From Eledone cirrhosa (lineage: Eukaryota): 64,000 nucleotides of DNA. This document shows, in pieces, positions 11,401-26,500 of the stretch. The stretch lies in NCBI GenBank assembly GCA_964016885.1, contig OZ024744.1, positions 46,748,001 to 46,812,000 of the forward strand, in the 5' to 3' direction. Made by a program: the position numbers and the translations under genes. Positions within the stretch are counted from its first letter, which is position 1. Every line of letters begins with the position of its first letter. The notes beneath the pieces were generated by a model. The model ran no database searches. It was not told where the DNA came from and saw only the letters and a list, made by a program, of their open reading frames with translations.

Positions 11401-14400
11401 TAGATGTAAAGGGAGTTACTTTAATGAAATTATTACTTTTTTTTTCACGTGTTTTTTATTTATTTATTAAAGCATATAGATGTAAGTGGAGTTACTTAAA
11501 TGAAATTATTTTATTTTTTATTTATTAAAGCATATAGATGTAAGTGGAGTTAATTAAATGAACATTTTTCTTTTTTTTCTTATTTTATTAAAGCATATAG
11601 ATGTAAGTGGAGTTACTTAAATGAAATTATTTTATTTTTTATTTATTAAATCATATAGATGTAAGTGGATTTAACTTAATGAAAAATTTTTTTTCTCGCA
11701 TTATTTAATTAATTTTTTTATTAACGCATATAGATGTAAGTGGAGTTACATAAATGAAATTTCTTATCTTTTTTCAAGAGTTTTATATTTTTTTGTTTTT
11801 TTATTAAAGCATATAGATGTAAGTGAAGTTACTTAAATGAAATTATTTTATTTTTTATATATTAAAGCATATAGATGTAAGTGAAGTTACTTAAATGAAA
11901 TGTTTTCTTTTTTTTCTTATTTTATATTAAAGCATATAGATGTAAGTGGAATTACTTAAATGAAATTATTTTATTTCTTATTTATTAAAACATATAGAAT
12001 TTTTTTATTAAAGCATACAGATGTAAGTGCAGTTACTTAAATTAAATTTTCTTTTTTTCTCGTGTTTTTTAATTCCTAATTTTTTTATTTAAGCATATAG
12101 ATGTAAGTGGAGTTACTTAAATGAAATTATTTTATTTTTTGTCACGCGTTTTTTAATTTTTAATTCTTTAACAAGGAATATATACGTAAGTGGAGTTACT
12201 TAAATGAAATTTTTTATTTTTTCAAGCAATTTTTATTTTTTTATTTTTTTATTAAAGCATATACATGTAAGTGAAGTTACTTAAATGAAATTTTTTTTAA
12301 AGCATATATATGTAAGTGGAGTTAATTAAATTAAATTATTATTTTTTTTTTATTAACTCATATAGATGTAAAGGGAGTTACTTTAATGAAATTATTACTT
12401 TTTTTTTCACGTGTTTATTATTTATTTATTAAAGCATATAGATGTAAGTGGAGTTACTTAAATGAAATTATTTTATTTTTTATTTATTAAAGCATATAGA
12501 TGTAAGTGGAGTTAATTAAATGAAAATTTTTCTTTTTTTTCTTATTTTATTAAAGCATATAGATGTAAGTGGAGTTACTTAAATGAAATTATTTTATTTT
12601 TTATTTATTAAATCATATAGATGTAAGTGGATTTAACTTAATGAAAAATTTTTTTTCTCGCATTATTTAATTAATTTTTTTTATTAACGCATATAGATGT
12701 AAGTGGAGTTACATAAATGAAATTTCTTATCTTTTTTCAAGAGTTTTATATTTTTTTGTTTTTTATTAAAGCATATAGATGTAAGTGGAGTTACTTAAAT
12801 GAAATTATTTTATTTTTTATATATTAAAGCATATAGATGTAAGTGGAGTTACTTAAATGAAATTATTTTATTTTTTATTTATTAAAGCATATAGATGTAA
12901 GTGGAGTTCCTTAGATGAAATTATTATTTTTTTATTAAAGCATGTCGATGGAAGTGGAGTTACTTAAATGAAATTTTTTTTTCTCGTGTTTTTTAATTCC
13001 TAATTTTCTTATTAAAGCATGTAGATGTAGTTGGAGTTACTTAAATGAAATTATTTTATTTTTTGTCACGCGTTTTTTAATTTTTAATTATTTAATAAAG
13101 AATAGAGATGTAAGTGTGGAGTTACTTAAATGAACATTTTTTTGTCACGCACTTTAAATTTTTTTAATTTTTTTTATTAAAGCCTATAGATGTAAGTGGA
13201 GTTACTTAAATGAAATTTTTTATTTGTCCAAGCACCTTTTATTTTTTTATTTTTTTTATTAAAGCATGTAGATGTAAGTGGGTTTCTTAAATGAAATTAT
13301 TTTATTTTTTATTTATTAAAGCATATTGATTAGGTGGAGTTACTTAAAATAATTTTTTTAATTTATTTATTTTATTATTTTTTTATTAAAGCATATAGGT
13401 GTAGGTGGAGGTACTTAAATGAAATTTTTATTTTTTTTATTAAAGCATATAGATGTAAGTGGAGTTACTCAAATTAAATTATTTACTTTTTTTTCGCGCG
13501 TATTTAATTTTTTATTTTTTTATTAAAACATATAGATGTAAGTGGAGTTACTTAAATGAAATTATTTTTTTTTTATATTAAAGCATATAGATGAAAGTGG
13601 AGTTACTTAAATGAAATTTTAATTTTTTTTATTAAAGCATATAGATGTAAGTGGAGTTACTTAAATGGAACAATTTTTTTTTCATGCGTTTTCTATTTAT
13701 TTAATTTTTTTAATTTTTCTATTAAAGCATATAGATGTAAGTGGAGTTACTTAAATTAAATTATTTACTTTTTTTTCGCGCGTATTTTATTTTTTTATTT
13801 TTTAATTAAGACATATAGATGTAAGTGGAGTTTCTTAAAGGAAATATTTTTTTTCTACGCGCTTCTTATTCTTTTTATTTTTTTATTAAAGCATATAGAT
13901 GTAAGTGGAGTTACTTAAATGAAATTATTTTATTTTTTATTTATTAAAGCATGTAGATGTAAGTGGAGTTACTTAAATGAAATTATTATTTTTTTTTTAT
14001 TAAAGCATATAGATGTAAGTGAATTCCTCAGATGAAATTATTTTTTTTTATTAAAGCATATCGATTTAAGTGGAGTTACTTAAAATAAATTTTTTTCTTC
14101 TCGCGTTTTTTAATTCCTAATTTTTTTTATTAAAGCATATAGATGTAAGGGAGTTACTTAAATGAAATTATTTTATTTTTTGTCACGCGTTTTTTAATTT
14201 TTAATTCTTTAATAAAGAATAGAGATGTAAGTGTGGAGTTACTTAAATGAACATTTTTTTGTCACGCATTTTTAATTTTTAATTTTTAATTTTTAATATT
14301 TATTTTTAATTTTAAATTTTTTTTTTTTTCATGCGTTTTTTATTTTTTTATGAAAGCATATAGATGTAAGTGGAGTTACTTAAATGAAATTATTTTATTT

Positions 14401-17400
14401 TATTTTATTTGTTATTAAAGCATAGAGAGGTAACTGGAGTTAATTAAATGAAATTTTTTAGTTTTCCAAGCACTTTTTATTTTTTTATTTTTTTTATTAA
14501 AGCATATAGATGTAAGTGGAGTTACATAAATGAAATTTTTTATTTTTTTTCACGCGTTTTTAAATTTTGTATTTATTTATTAAAGCATATAGATGTAAGT
14601 GGAGGAACTTAAATGAAATTATTTCTTTTTATATTAAAGCATATAGATGTAAGTGGAGTTACTTAAATGAAATTATCTTATTTTTAATTTATTAAAGCAT
14701 ATAGATGTAAGTGGAGTTACTTAAATGAAATTTTTTCTATTCTTTCTTATTTTATTAAAGCATATAGATGTAAGTGGAGTTACTTAAATGAAATTATTTC
14801 ATTTTTTATTTATTAAATCATATAGATGTAAGTGGAATTATTTAAATGAAATTTCTTTTTTTTCTCGCATTTTTTAATTCTTAATATTTTTATTAAAGCA
14901 TATAGATGAAAGTGGAGTTAATTAAATGAAATTTCTTTTTCCAAACGCTTTTTTTTTTTAACGCATATAGATGTAACTGAAATTATTTTATTTTTTGTCA
15001 CGCGTTTCTTAATTTTTAATTCTTTAATAAAGAATAGAGATGTAAGTGGAGTTACATAAATATAATTTCTTATTTTTTTTCATGCGTTTTTTATTTTTTT
15101 ATTAGGGCATATCGATGTAAGGGGAGTTACTTTAATGAAATTATTACTTTTTTTTCACGCGTTTTTTATTTATTTATTAAATGAAATTTCTCATCTTTTT
15201 TCACGAGTTTTATATTTTTTTGTTTTTTAATAAAGCATATAGATGTAAGTGGAGTTAAGTAATTGAAATTATTTTATGTTTTATATATTAAAGCATATAG
15301 ATGTAAGTGGAGTTACTTAAATGAAATTTTTTCTTTTCTTTCTTATTTTATTAAAGCATATAGATGTAAGTGGAGTTATTTAAATGAAATTATTTCATTT
15401 TTTATTTATTAAATTATATAGATGTAAGTGGAGATAATTAAATGAAATTTCTTTTTTTTCTCGCATTTTTTAATTCTTAATTTTTTTAATAAAGCATATA
15501 GATATAAGTGGAGTTACTTAATGAAATTTTTTCTTTTTTTTCTTATTTTATTAAAGCATATATATGTAAGTGGAGTTAATGAAATTAAATTATTTTTTTT
15601 CATTAAATCATATAGATGTAAGCCGAGTTAGTTTAATGAAATTATTTTTTTTTCACGCGTTTTTTATTTTTTTATTAAAGCATATAGATGTAAGTGGAGT
15701 TACATAAATGAAATTTTTTATTTTTTTACACGCGTTTTTTATTTTTTCGTTTTTTTATAACAGCATGTAGATGTAAGTGGAGTTACTTAAATGAAATTAT
15801 TTTTTTTTTATTAAAGCATATCGATGTAAGTGGAGTTACTTAAATGAAATTTTTTTTTTTTTTTGACTCGATTTTTATTTTTTTCTCGCGTTTTTTAATT
15901 CTTAGTTTTTTTATTAAAGCATATGGGGGTAAGTGGTGTTACTTCAATGAAATTATTATTATTTTTTTTAAAGCATATAGATGTAAGTGGAGTTACTTAA
16001 ATGAAATATTTTTTTTCCACGCGCTTATCTTTTTTATTTTTTTAATAAAGCATATAGATGTAAGTGGAGTTTCTTAAATGAAATTATTTTATTTTTTATT
16101 TATTAAAGCATATAGATGTAAGTGGAGTTAATTAAATGAAATTTTTTTTTTCTCGGGTTTTCAACTCCTTAATTTTTTTTATTAAAGCATTTAGATTACT
16201 TAAAAGAATTTTTTTAATATACTTATTTTTTTTTTATATTAAAGCATATAGATGTAAGTGGAGTTACTTAAATGAAATTTTTTTTTTTTTACTTATTAAA
16301 GCATATAGATGTAAGTGGTGTTACTTAAATGAAATTTTTTCTTTTCTTTCTTATTTTATTAAAGCATATAGATGTAAGTGGAGTTATTTAAATGAAATTA
16401 TTTCATTTTTTATTTATAAAATTATATAGATGTAAGTGGAGATAATTAAATGAAATTTCTTTTTTCTCTCGCATTTTTTAATTCTTAATTTTTTTAATAA
16501 AGCATATAGATATAAGTGGAGTTACTTAATGAAATTTTTTCTTTTTTTTTCTTATTTTATTAAAGCATATATATGTAAGTGGAGTTAATTAGATGAAATT
16601 ATTTTTTTTTATTTTATTTGTTATTAAAGCATAGAGAGGTAACTGGAGTTAATTAAATGAAATTTTTTATTTTTCCAAGCACTTTTTATTTTTTTATTTT
16701 TTTTATTAAAGCATATAGATGTAAGTGGAGTTAATTAAATGAAATTTCATTTTTTTCTCGCATTTTTTAATTTTTAATTTTTTTATTAAAGCATATAGAT
16801 ATAAGTGGAGTTACATAAATGAAATTATTTTATTTTTTATTTATTAAAGCATATAGATGTAAGTGGAGTTAATTAAATGAAATTATTATTTTTTTTATCG
16901 GGTTTTCAAGTTCTTAATTTTTTTTATTAAAGCATATAGATTACTTAAAAGAATTTTTTTAATTTATTTATTTTTTATTTTTTTATTAAAGCATATAGGT
17001 GTAGGTGGAGGTACTTAAATGAAATTATTTTTTTTTATATTAAAGCATATAGACGTAAGTGGTGTTACTTAAATGAAATTATTTTATTTTTTATTTAGTA
17101 AAGCATATAGATATAAGTGGACTTACTTAAATGAAATTTTTTCTTTTCTTTCTTATTTTATTAAAGAATATAGATGTATGTGAAGTTACTTAAATGAAAT
17201 TATTTCATTTTTTATTTATTAAATCATATAGATGCAAGTGGAGTTATTTAAATGAAATTTCTTTTTTTTCTCGCATTTTTTAATTCTTAATTTTTTTATT
17301 AAAGAATATAGATGTAAGTGGAGTTACTTAAATGAAATTCTTTCTTTTTTTCTTATTTTATTAAAGCATATAGATGTAATGGAGTTACTTAAATGAAATT

Positions 17401-20400
17401 CTTTCTTTTTTTCTTATTTTATTAAAGCATATCGATGAAAGTGGAGTTAATTAAATGAAATTTTTTTTTCACACGCTTTTTATTTTTTTTTTACGCATAT
17501 AGATGTAACTGGAGTTAATTAAATGAAATTGTTTTATTTTTTGTCACGCGTTTCTTAATTTTTAATTCTTTAATAAAGAATAGAGATGTAAGTGGAGTTA
17601 CATAAATAACATTTTTTATTTTTTTTCATGCGTTTTTTATTTTTTTATTTTTTTATTAAAGCATATAGATGTAAGTGGAGTTACTTAAATGACATTTTTT
17701 TTAACGCATATATATGTAAGTGGAGTTAATTAAATTAAATTGTTATTTTTTTTTTATTAAATCATATAGATGTAAGTGGAGTTACTTTAATGAAATTATT
17801 ACTTTTTTTTCACGCGTTTTTTATGTATTTATTAAAGCATATAGATGTTTGTGGAGTTACTTAAATGAAATTTTTTCTTATTTTTCTTATTTTATTAAAG
17901 CATATAGTGGAGTTACTTAAATGAAATTATTTTATTTTTTATTTATTAACTCATATAGATGTAAGTGGATTTATTAAATGAACATTTCTTTTTCTCGCAT
18001 TATTTAATTAATTTTTTTATTAACGCATATAGATGTAATTGGAGTTATATAAATGAAATTTGTCATCTTTTCTCACGAGTTTTATATTTTTTTGTTTTTT
18101 TATTAATGCATATAGATGTAAGTGGAGTTACTTAAATGAAATTTTCTCTTTTCTTTCTTATTTTATAAAAGCATATAGATGTAAGTGGAGTTACTTAAAT
18201 GAAATTTTTTCATTTTTTATTTATTAAATCATATAGATATAAGTGGAGTTAATTAAATGAAATTTCTTTTTTTTCTCCCATTTTTTAATTCTTAATTTTT
18301 TTATTAAAGCATATAGATGTAAGTTGAGTAACTTAAATGAAATTATTACTTTTTTTTATATTAAAGCATATCGATGTAAGTGGAGTTAATTAAATTAAAT
18401 TTTTTTTTTCTCGCGTTTTTTAATTCCCTATTTTTTTATTAAAGCATATAGATGTAATTGGAGTTACTTAAATGAAGTTATTTTTTTTCTTATTTATTAA
18501 AGCATACAGATGTAAGTGGAGTTACTTAAATGAAATTATTTCATTTTTTATTTATTAAATCATATAGATGTAAGTGGAGTTAATTAAATGAAATTTATTT
18601 TTTTTCTGGCATTTTTTAATTCTTAATTTTTTTATTAAATCATATAATTTAAGTGGAGTTACTTAAATGAAATATTTTCTTTTTTTCTTATATTATTAAA
18701 GCATATAGATGTAAGTGGATTTACTTAAATGAAATTATTATTTGTTTTTATTAAATCATATAGATGTAAGTGGAGTTATTTTAATGAAATTATAACTTTT
18801 TTTTTCACGCGTTTTTTATTTTTTTATTCAAGCATATAGATGTAATTGGAGTTACGTAAATGAAATTATTTTATTTTTTATTTATTAAAGCATATAGATG
18901 TAAGTAGAGTTACTTAAATGAAATTTATTCTTTTTTTTCGTACTTTATTAAAGCATATAAATGTAAGTGGAGTTACTTAAATGTAATTATTTTATTTTTT
19001 ACTTATTAAATCATATAGATGTAAGTGGAGTTAATTAAATAAGATTATTTTTTTTTCTCGCATTTTTTAATTCTTAATTTTTTTATTAAAGCATATAGAT
19101 GTAAGTGGAGTTACTTAAATGAAAAATTCTTTTTTGTCGCATTATTTAATTAATTTTTTTATTAACGCATATAGATGTAAGTGGAGTTACATAAATGAAA
19201 TTTCTTATCTTTTTCAAGAGTTTTATATTTTTTTGTTTTTTTATTAAAGCATATAGATGTGAGTGGAGTTACTTAAATGAAATATTTTTTAAAGCATATA
19301 CATGTGAGTGGAGTTAATTAAATTAAATTATTATTTTTCTTATTAAAACATATAGATGTAAATGGAGTTACTTAAATGAAATTTTTTATTTTTTTTCTAA
19401 TTTTATTAAAGCACATAGTTGTAAGTTGAGTTAAATAAATGAAATGTTTAATTTTTTTCACGCGTTTTTTATTTTTTTCTTATTTTATTAAAGCATATAG
19501 ATGTAAGTGGATTTACTTAAATGAAATTATTATTTTTTCTTCTATTAAAGCATATAGATGTAAGTGGAGTTCCTTAGATAAAATTATTTTTTTTATTAAA
19601 GCATATCGATGGAAGTGGAGATACGTAAATGAAATTTTTTTTTTGACACGCTTTTTATTTTTTTTAACGCATATATATGTAACTGGAGTTAATTAAATGA
19701 AATTTTTTATTTTTTCAAAAACTTTTTATTTTTTTTATTTATTTATTTTTTTTATTTATTTATTTTTTTTATTTTTTTATTTTTTTATTTTTTTATTTTT
19801 TTATTTTTTTATTTTTTTATTAAAGCATATAGATGTAAATGCAGTTACATAAACGAAATTTTTTATTTTTTTCACGCGTTTTTCATTTTTTCATTTTTTT
19901 ATTAATGCATATAGATGTAAGTGGAGTTAAATGAAATTATTTTTTTTTATTGAAGCATATCGATGTAAGTGGAGTTACCTAAATTAAATTTTTTTTTTCT
20001 CGCATTTTTTAATTCTTAATTTTTTTATTAAAGCATATGGAGGTAAGTGGTGTTACTTCAATGAAATAATAATAATTTTTTTTAAAGCATATAGATGTAA
20101 GTGGAGTTACTGAAATGAAATACTTTTTTTTTCACGCGCTTCTTATCTTTTTTATTTTTTCATTAAAGCATATATATGTAAGTGGAGTTAATTAAATTAA
20201 ATTATTATTTGTTTTTATTAAATCATATAGATGTAAGTGGAGTAATTTTAATGAAATTATAACTTTATTTTCACGCGTTTTTTATTTTTTTATTAAAGCA
20301 TATAGATGTAATTGGAGTTACTTAAATGAAATTATTTTTTTCTCGCATTATTTAATTCTTAATTTTTTTATAAACGCATATAGATGTAAGTGGAGTTACA

Positions 20401-23400
20401 TAAATAGAATTTTTTATTTTTTTTCACGCGTTTTGTATTTTTTTATTTTTTTATTAAAGCATATATATGTAAGTGGAGTTACCTAAATTACATTTTTTTT
20501 CTCGCGTTTTTTAATTCCTATTTTATTAATTAAAGCATATAGATGTAAGCGGAGTTACATAAATGAAATGTTTCTTTTTTTTCACGCGTTTTTTATTTTT
20601 TTATTTTTTTTATTAAAGCATATAGATGAAATTATTATTTTTTTTTATATTAAATCATATAGATGTAAGTTGAGTTAAATGAAATTATTTTATTTTTTAT
20701 TTATTAAAGCATATAGAAGTAGAGTTACTTAAATGAAATTATTTTATTTTATTTGTTATTAAAGCATATAGATGTAACTGGAGTTAATTAAATGAAATAT
20801 TTTATTTTTTCATGTACTTTTCATTTTTTTATTTTTTTTCACGCTTGTTTTATTATTTTATTTTTTTATTAACGCTTATAGATGTAGGTGGAGTTACTTT
20901 GATTAAATTTTTTTTTTTTTCGCGTTTTTTAATTCTTAATTTTCTTATTAAAGTACATAAATGTAAGTGGAGTTTATTAATTTAAATTATTCTATTTTTT
21001 ATTTATTAAAGCATATAGATGTAAGTGGAATTAATTAAATGAAATTATTTTTTTTTCTCGCGTTTTTTAATTCTTAATTTTTTTCATTAAAGCATATAGA
21101 TGTAGGTGGAGGTACTTAAGTGAAGTTTTTTATTTTTTTATATTAAAGCATATAGATGTTAGTGGAGTTACTCATATTAAATTATTTACTTTTTTTCACG
21201 CGTATTTTATTTTTTTATTTTTTTCTTGACGCACTTAGATGTAGGTGGAGTTACGTACATGAAATTTTTTATATTTTTATTTTGTTATTAAAACATATAG
21301 ATGTAAGTGGAGTTACATAAATTAAATTTTTCTTTGTTTTTCACGCGTTTTTTATTTTTTTATTTTTTTATTAAAGCATATAGGTGTATGTGGAGTTACT
21401 TAAATGAAATTAATTATTTTTTTTATATTAAAGCATATAGATGTAAGTGGAGTTACTTAAATGAAATTATTATTTTCTTTTCACGCTTGTTTTATTATTT
21501 TATTTTTTTATTAACTCATATAGATATAGGTGGAGTTACTCAAGTTAAATTATTTACTTTTTCTTCACGCGTATTTTATTTTTTAATTTTTTTGTTGACG
21601 CATATAGATGTAGTTGGAGTTACTTAAATGAAATCTTTTTTTCTCGTGTTTTTTAATTCTTAATTTTTTTATTAAAGCATATGGATATAAGTGGATTTAC
21701 TTAAATGAAATTATTTTATTTTTTATCACACGTTTTTTATTTTTTTATTTTTTTATTAAAGCATATGGATGTAAGTGGAGTTACATAAATGGAATTTTTT
21801 ATTTTTCTTCACGCGTTTTTTATTTTTTAGTTTTTTTATTAAAGCATATAGATGTAAGTTGAGTTACTTAAATGAAATTATTATTTTTTTTCACGCTTCT
21901 TTTATTATTTTATTAAAGCATATAGATGTAAGTGGAGTTACTTAATTGAAATTATTTTATTTTTTATTTATTAAATCAGATAGATGCAAGTGGAGTTAAT
22001 TAAATGAAATTATTATTTTTTCTCCCATTTTTTAATTCTTATTTTTTTTATTAATCTATATTGATGTAGGTGGTGTTAATTAATAGAAATTTTTTTTATT
22101 TTTTATTATTTTTTTTATCGATGTAAGTGGAGTTAGATAAATGAAATTTTTTATTTTGTTTCACGCGTTTTTAATTTTTTAATTTTTTTCTTAATGCATA
22201 TAGATGTAAGTGGAGTTAGTTAAATGAAATTATTATTTTTTTTATATTAAAGCATATCGATGTAAGTGGAGTTACTTAAATTAAATTTTTTTTTCTCGTG
22301 GTTTTTAATTCCTAATTTTTTTATAAAAGCATATAGATGTAAGTGGAGATACTTAAATGAAATTTTTTTTTCACACGCTTTTTTTTTCTTTAACGTATAT
22401 AGATATAATCTTAATTTTTTTATTAAAGCATATAGATGTAAGTGGAGTTACTGAAATGAAATACTTTTTTTTTTCACGCGCTTCTTATCTTTTTATTTTT
22501 TCATTAAAGCATATATATGTAAGTGGAGTTAATTAAATTAATTATTTTTTTTTTTATTAAATCATATACATGTAAGTGGAGTTACTTTAATGAGATTATT
22601 ATTTTTTTTTCCACGCGTTTTTTATTTATTTATTAAAGCATACAGATGTAAGTGGAGTTACTTAAATGAAATTATTTTATTTTTTATTTATTAAAGCATA
22701 TAGATGTAAGTGGAGTTACTTAAATGAAATTATTTTATTTTTTATTTATTAAAGCATATAGATGCAAGTGGAGTTAATTAAATGAAATTATTATTTTTTT
22801 CTCCCATTTTTTAATTCTTAATTTTTTTATTAATCTATATTGATGTAGGTGGTGTTACTTAATATAAATTTTTTTTATTCTTTATTATATTTTTTATAGA
22901 TGTAAGTGGAGTTAGATAAATGAAATTTTTTATTTTTTTCATGCGTTTTGAATTTTTTTATTTTTTTATTAATGCATATAGATGTAAGCGGATTTACTTA
23001 AATGAAATTATTATTTTTTTTATATTAAAGCATATAGATGTAAGTGGAGTTACATAAATGAAATTTTTTTTTCATGCGTTTTTTATTTTTTTGTTTTTTT
23101 ACTAAAGAATATAGATGTAAGTGGAGTTACTTAAATGAAATTATTTTTTTTTCCACGCTTCTTTTATTATTTTATTAAAGCTTATAGATGTAAGTGGAGT
23201 TACTTAAATAAAATTACTTTATTTTTTATTTATTGAAGCATATAAATGTAAGTGGAGTTACTTAAATGTAATTATTTTATTTTTTACTTATTAAATCATA
23301 TAGATGTAAGTGGAGTTAATTAAATAAGATTATTTTTTTTTCTCGCATTTTTTAATTCTTAATTTTTTTATTAAAGCATATAGATGTAAGTGGAGTTACT

Positions 23401-23438
23401 TAAATGAAAAATTCTTTTTTGTCGCATTATTTAATTAA

Positions 23439-23580
23439 ATTCCAGCATAGTTACGTCCCTTTACGATCTGAGTTCAAATCCCGCCGAGGTTGACTTTGCC
23501 TTTCATCCTAACGGGGTCGATAAAATAAAGTACCAGTAATGTACTGGGTAATTTCTGGCCTTGTGCCAATAGTAGAAACA
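23439..23580 (+). mobile_element. 5'-truncated tRNA-derived SINE with Deu/Nin-type central domain, inserted in the satellite
   Basis: B-box-like GAGTTCAAATCCC and GCCTTTCATCCT..GGGGTCGATAAAATAAGTACCAG. 13-bp target-site duplication ATTATTTAATTAA (23426-23438, 23581-23593). The empty site is seen in the paralogous block at ~19140. Confidence 0.85.
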
Positions 23581-26500
23581 ATTATTTAATTAATTTTTTT
23601 ATTAACGCATATAGATGTAAGTGGAGTTACATAAATGAAATTTCTTATCTTTTTTCAAGAGTTTTATATTTTTTTGTTTTTTTATTAAAGCATATAGATG
23701 TGAGTGGAGTTACTTAAATGAAATATTTTTTAAAGCATATACATGTGAGTGGAGTTAATTAAATTAAATTATTATTTTTCTTATTAAAACATATAGATGT
23801 AAATGGAGTTACTTAAATGAAATTTTTTATTTTTTTTCTAATTTTATTAAAGCACATAGATGTAAGTTGAGTTAAATAAATGAAATGTTTAATTTTTTTC
23901 ACGCGTTTTTTATTTTTTTCTTATTTTATTAAAGCATATAGATGTAAGTGGATTTACTTAAATGAAATTATTATTTTTTCTTCTATTAAAGCATATAGAT
24001 GTAAGTGGAGTTCCTTAGATAAAATTATTTTTTTTATTAAAGCATATCGATGGAAGTGGAGATACGTAAATGAAATTTTTTTTTTGACACGCTTTTTATT
24101 TTTTTTAACGCATATATATGTAACTGGAGTTAATTAAATGAAATTTTTTATTTTTTCAAAAACTTTTTATTTTTTTTATTTATTTATTTTTTTTATTTTT
24201 TTATTTTTTTATTAAAGCATATAGATGTAAATGCAGTTACATAAACGAAATTTTTTATTTTTTTCACGCGTCTTTCATTTTTTCATTTTTTTATTAATGC
24301 ATATAGATGTAAGTGGAGTTACTTAAATGAAATTATTTTTTTTTATTAAAGCATATCGATGTAAGTGGAGTTACCTAAATTAAATTTTTTTTTTCTCGCA
24401 TTTTTTAATTCTTAATTTTTTTATTAAAGCATATGGAGGTAAGTGGTGTTACTTCAATGAAATAATAATAATTTTTTTTAAAGCATATAGATGTAAGTGG
24501 AGTTACTGAAATGAAATACTTTTTTTTTCACGCGCTTCTTATCTTTTTTATTTTTTCATTAAAGCATATATATGTAAGTGGAGTTAATTAAATTAAATTA
24601 TTATTTGTTTTTATTAAATCATATAGATGTAAGTGGAGTAATTTTAATGAAATTATAACTTTATTTTCACGCGTTTTTTATTTTTTTATTAAAGCATATA
24701 GATGTAATTGGAGTTACTTAAATGAAATTATTTTATTTTTTATTTACTAAATCATATAGATGTAAGTGGAGTCAATTAAATGAAATTATTTTTTTCTCGC
24801 ATTATTTAATTCTTAATTTTTTTATAAACGCATATAGATGTAAGTGGAGTTACATAAATAGAATTTTTTTTTTTTTTCACGCGTTTTGTATTTTTTTATT
24901 TTTTTATTAAAGCATATATATGTAAGTGGAGTTACCTAAATTACATTTTTTTTCTTGCGTTTTTTAATTCCTATTTTATTAATTAAAGCATATAGATGTA
25001 AGCGGAGTTACATAAATGAAATGTTTCTTTTTTTTCACGCGTTTTTTATTTTTTTATTTTTTTATTAAAGCATATAGATGAAATTATTATTTTTTTTTAT
25101 ATTAAATCATATAGATGTAAGTTGAGTTAAATGAAATTATTTTATTTTTTATTTATTAAAGCATATAGAAGTAGAGTTACTTAAATGAAATTATTTTATT
25201 TTATTTGTTATTAAAGCATATAGATGTAACTGGAGTTAATTAAATGAAATATTTTATTTTTTCATGTACTTTTCATTTTTTTTTTTTTTTTTCACGCCTG
25301 TTTTATTATTTTATTTTTTTATTAAAGCATATAGATGTAAGTTGAGTTACTTAAATGAAATTATTTTTTTTTTTTCACGCTTCTTTTATTATTTTATTAA
25401 AGCATATAGATGTAAGTGGAGTTACTTAAATGTAAATTTCTATTTTTTTTCTTATTTTATTAAAGCATATAGATGTAAGTGGAGTTACTTAATTGAAATT
25501 ATTTTATTTTTTATTTATTAAATCAGATAGATGCAAGTGGAGTTAATTAAATGAAATTATTATTTTTTCTCCCATTTTTTAATTCTTAATTTTTTTATTA
25601 ATCTATATTGATGTAGGTGGTGTTAATTAATAGAAATTTTTTTTATTTTTTATTATTTTTTTTATCGATGTAAGTGGAGTTAGATAAATGAATTTTTTTA
25701 TTTTTTTCACGCGTTTTTAATTTTTTTATTTTTTTATTAATGCATATAGATGTAAGTGGAGTTACTTAAATGAAATTATTATTTTTTTTATATTAAAGCA
25801 TATCGATGTAAGTGGAGTTACTTAAATTAAATTTTTTTTTTCTCGTGGTTTTTAATTCCTAATTTTTTTATAAAAGTATATAGATGTAGGTGGAGTTACT
25901 TAAATTAAATTTTTTCTTTTTTTCTAATTTTATTAAAGCATATAGATGTAAGTTGAGTTACATAAATGAAATTTATAATTTTTTTCACGCGTTTTTTAAT
26001 TTTTTCTTAATTTATTAAAGCATATAGATGTAAGTGGAGTTACCTAAATGAAATTTTTTTTTTCTCGCGTTTTTTAATTCTTAATTTTTTTTATTAAAGC
26101 ATATGGAGGTAAGTGGTGTTTCTTCAATGAAATAATAATAATTTTTTTAAAAGCATATAGATGTAAGTGGAGTTAATTAAATTAAATTATTATTTGTTTT
26201 TATTAAATCATATAGATGTAAGTGGAGTTATTTTAATGAAATTATAACTTTATTTTCACGCGTTTTTTATTTTTTTATTAAAGCATATAGATTTAATTGG
26301 AGTTACTTAAATGAAATTATTTTATTTTTTATTTATTAAGCATATAGATGTAAGTGGAGTTACTTAAATGAGATTATTTTATTTTTTATTTATTAAATCA
26401 TATAGATGTAAGTGGAGTCAATTAAATGAAATTATTTTTTTCTCGCATTATTTAATTCTTAATTTTTTTATGAACGCATATAGATGTAAGTGCAGTTACA

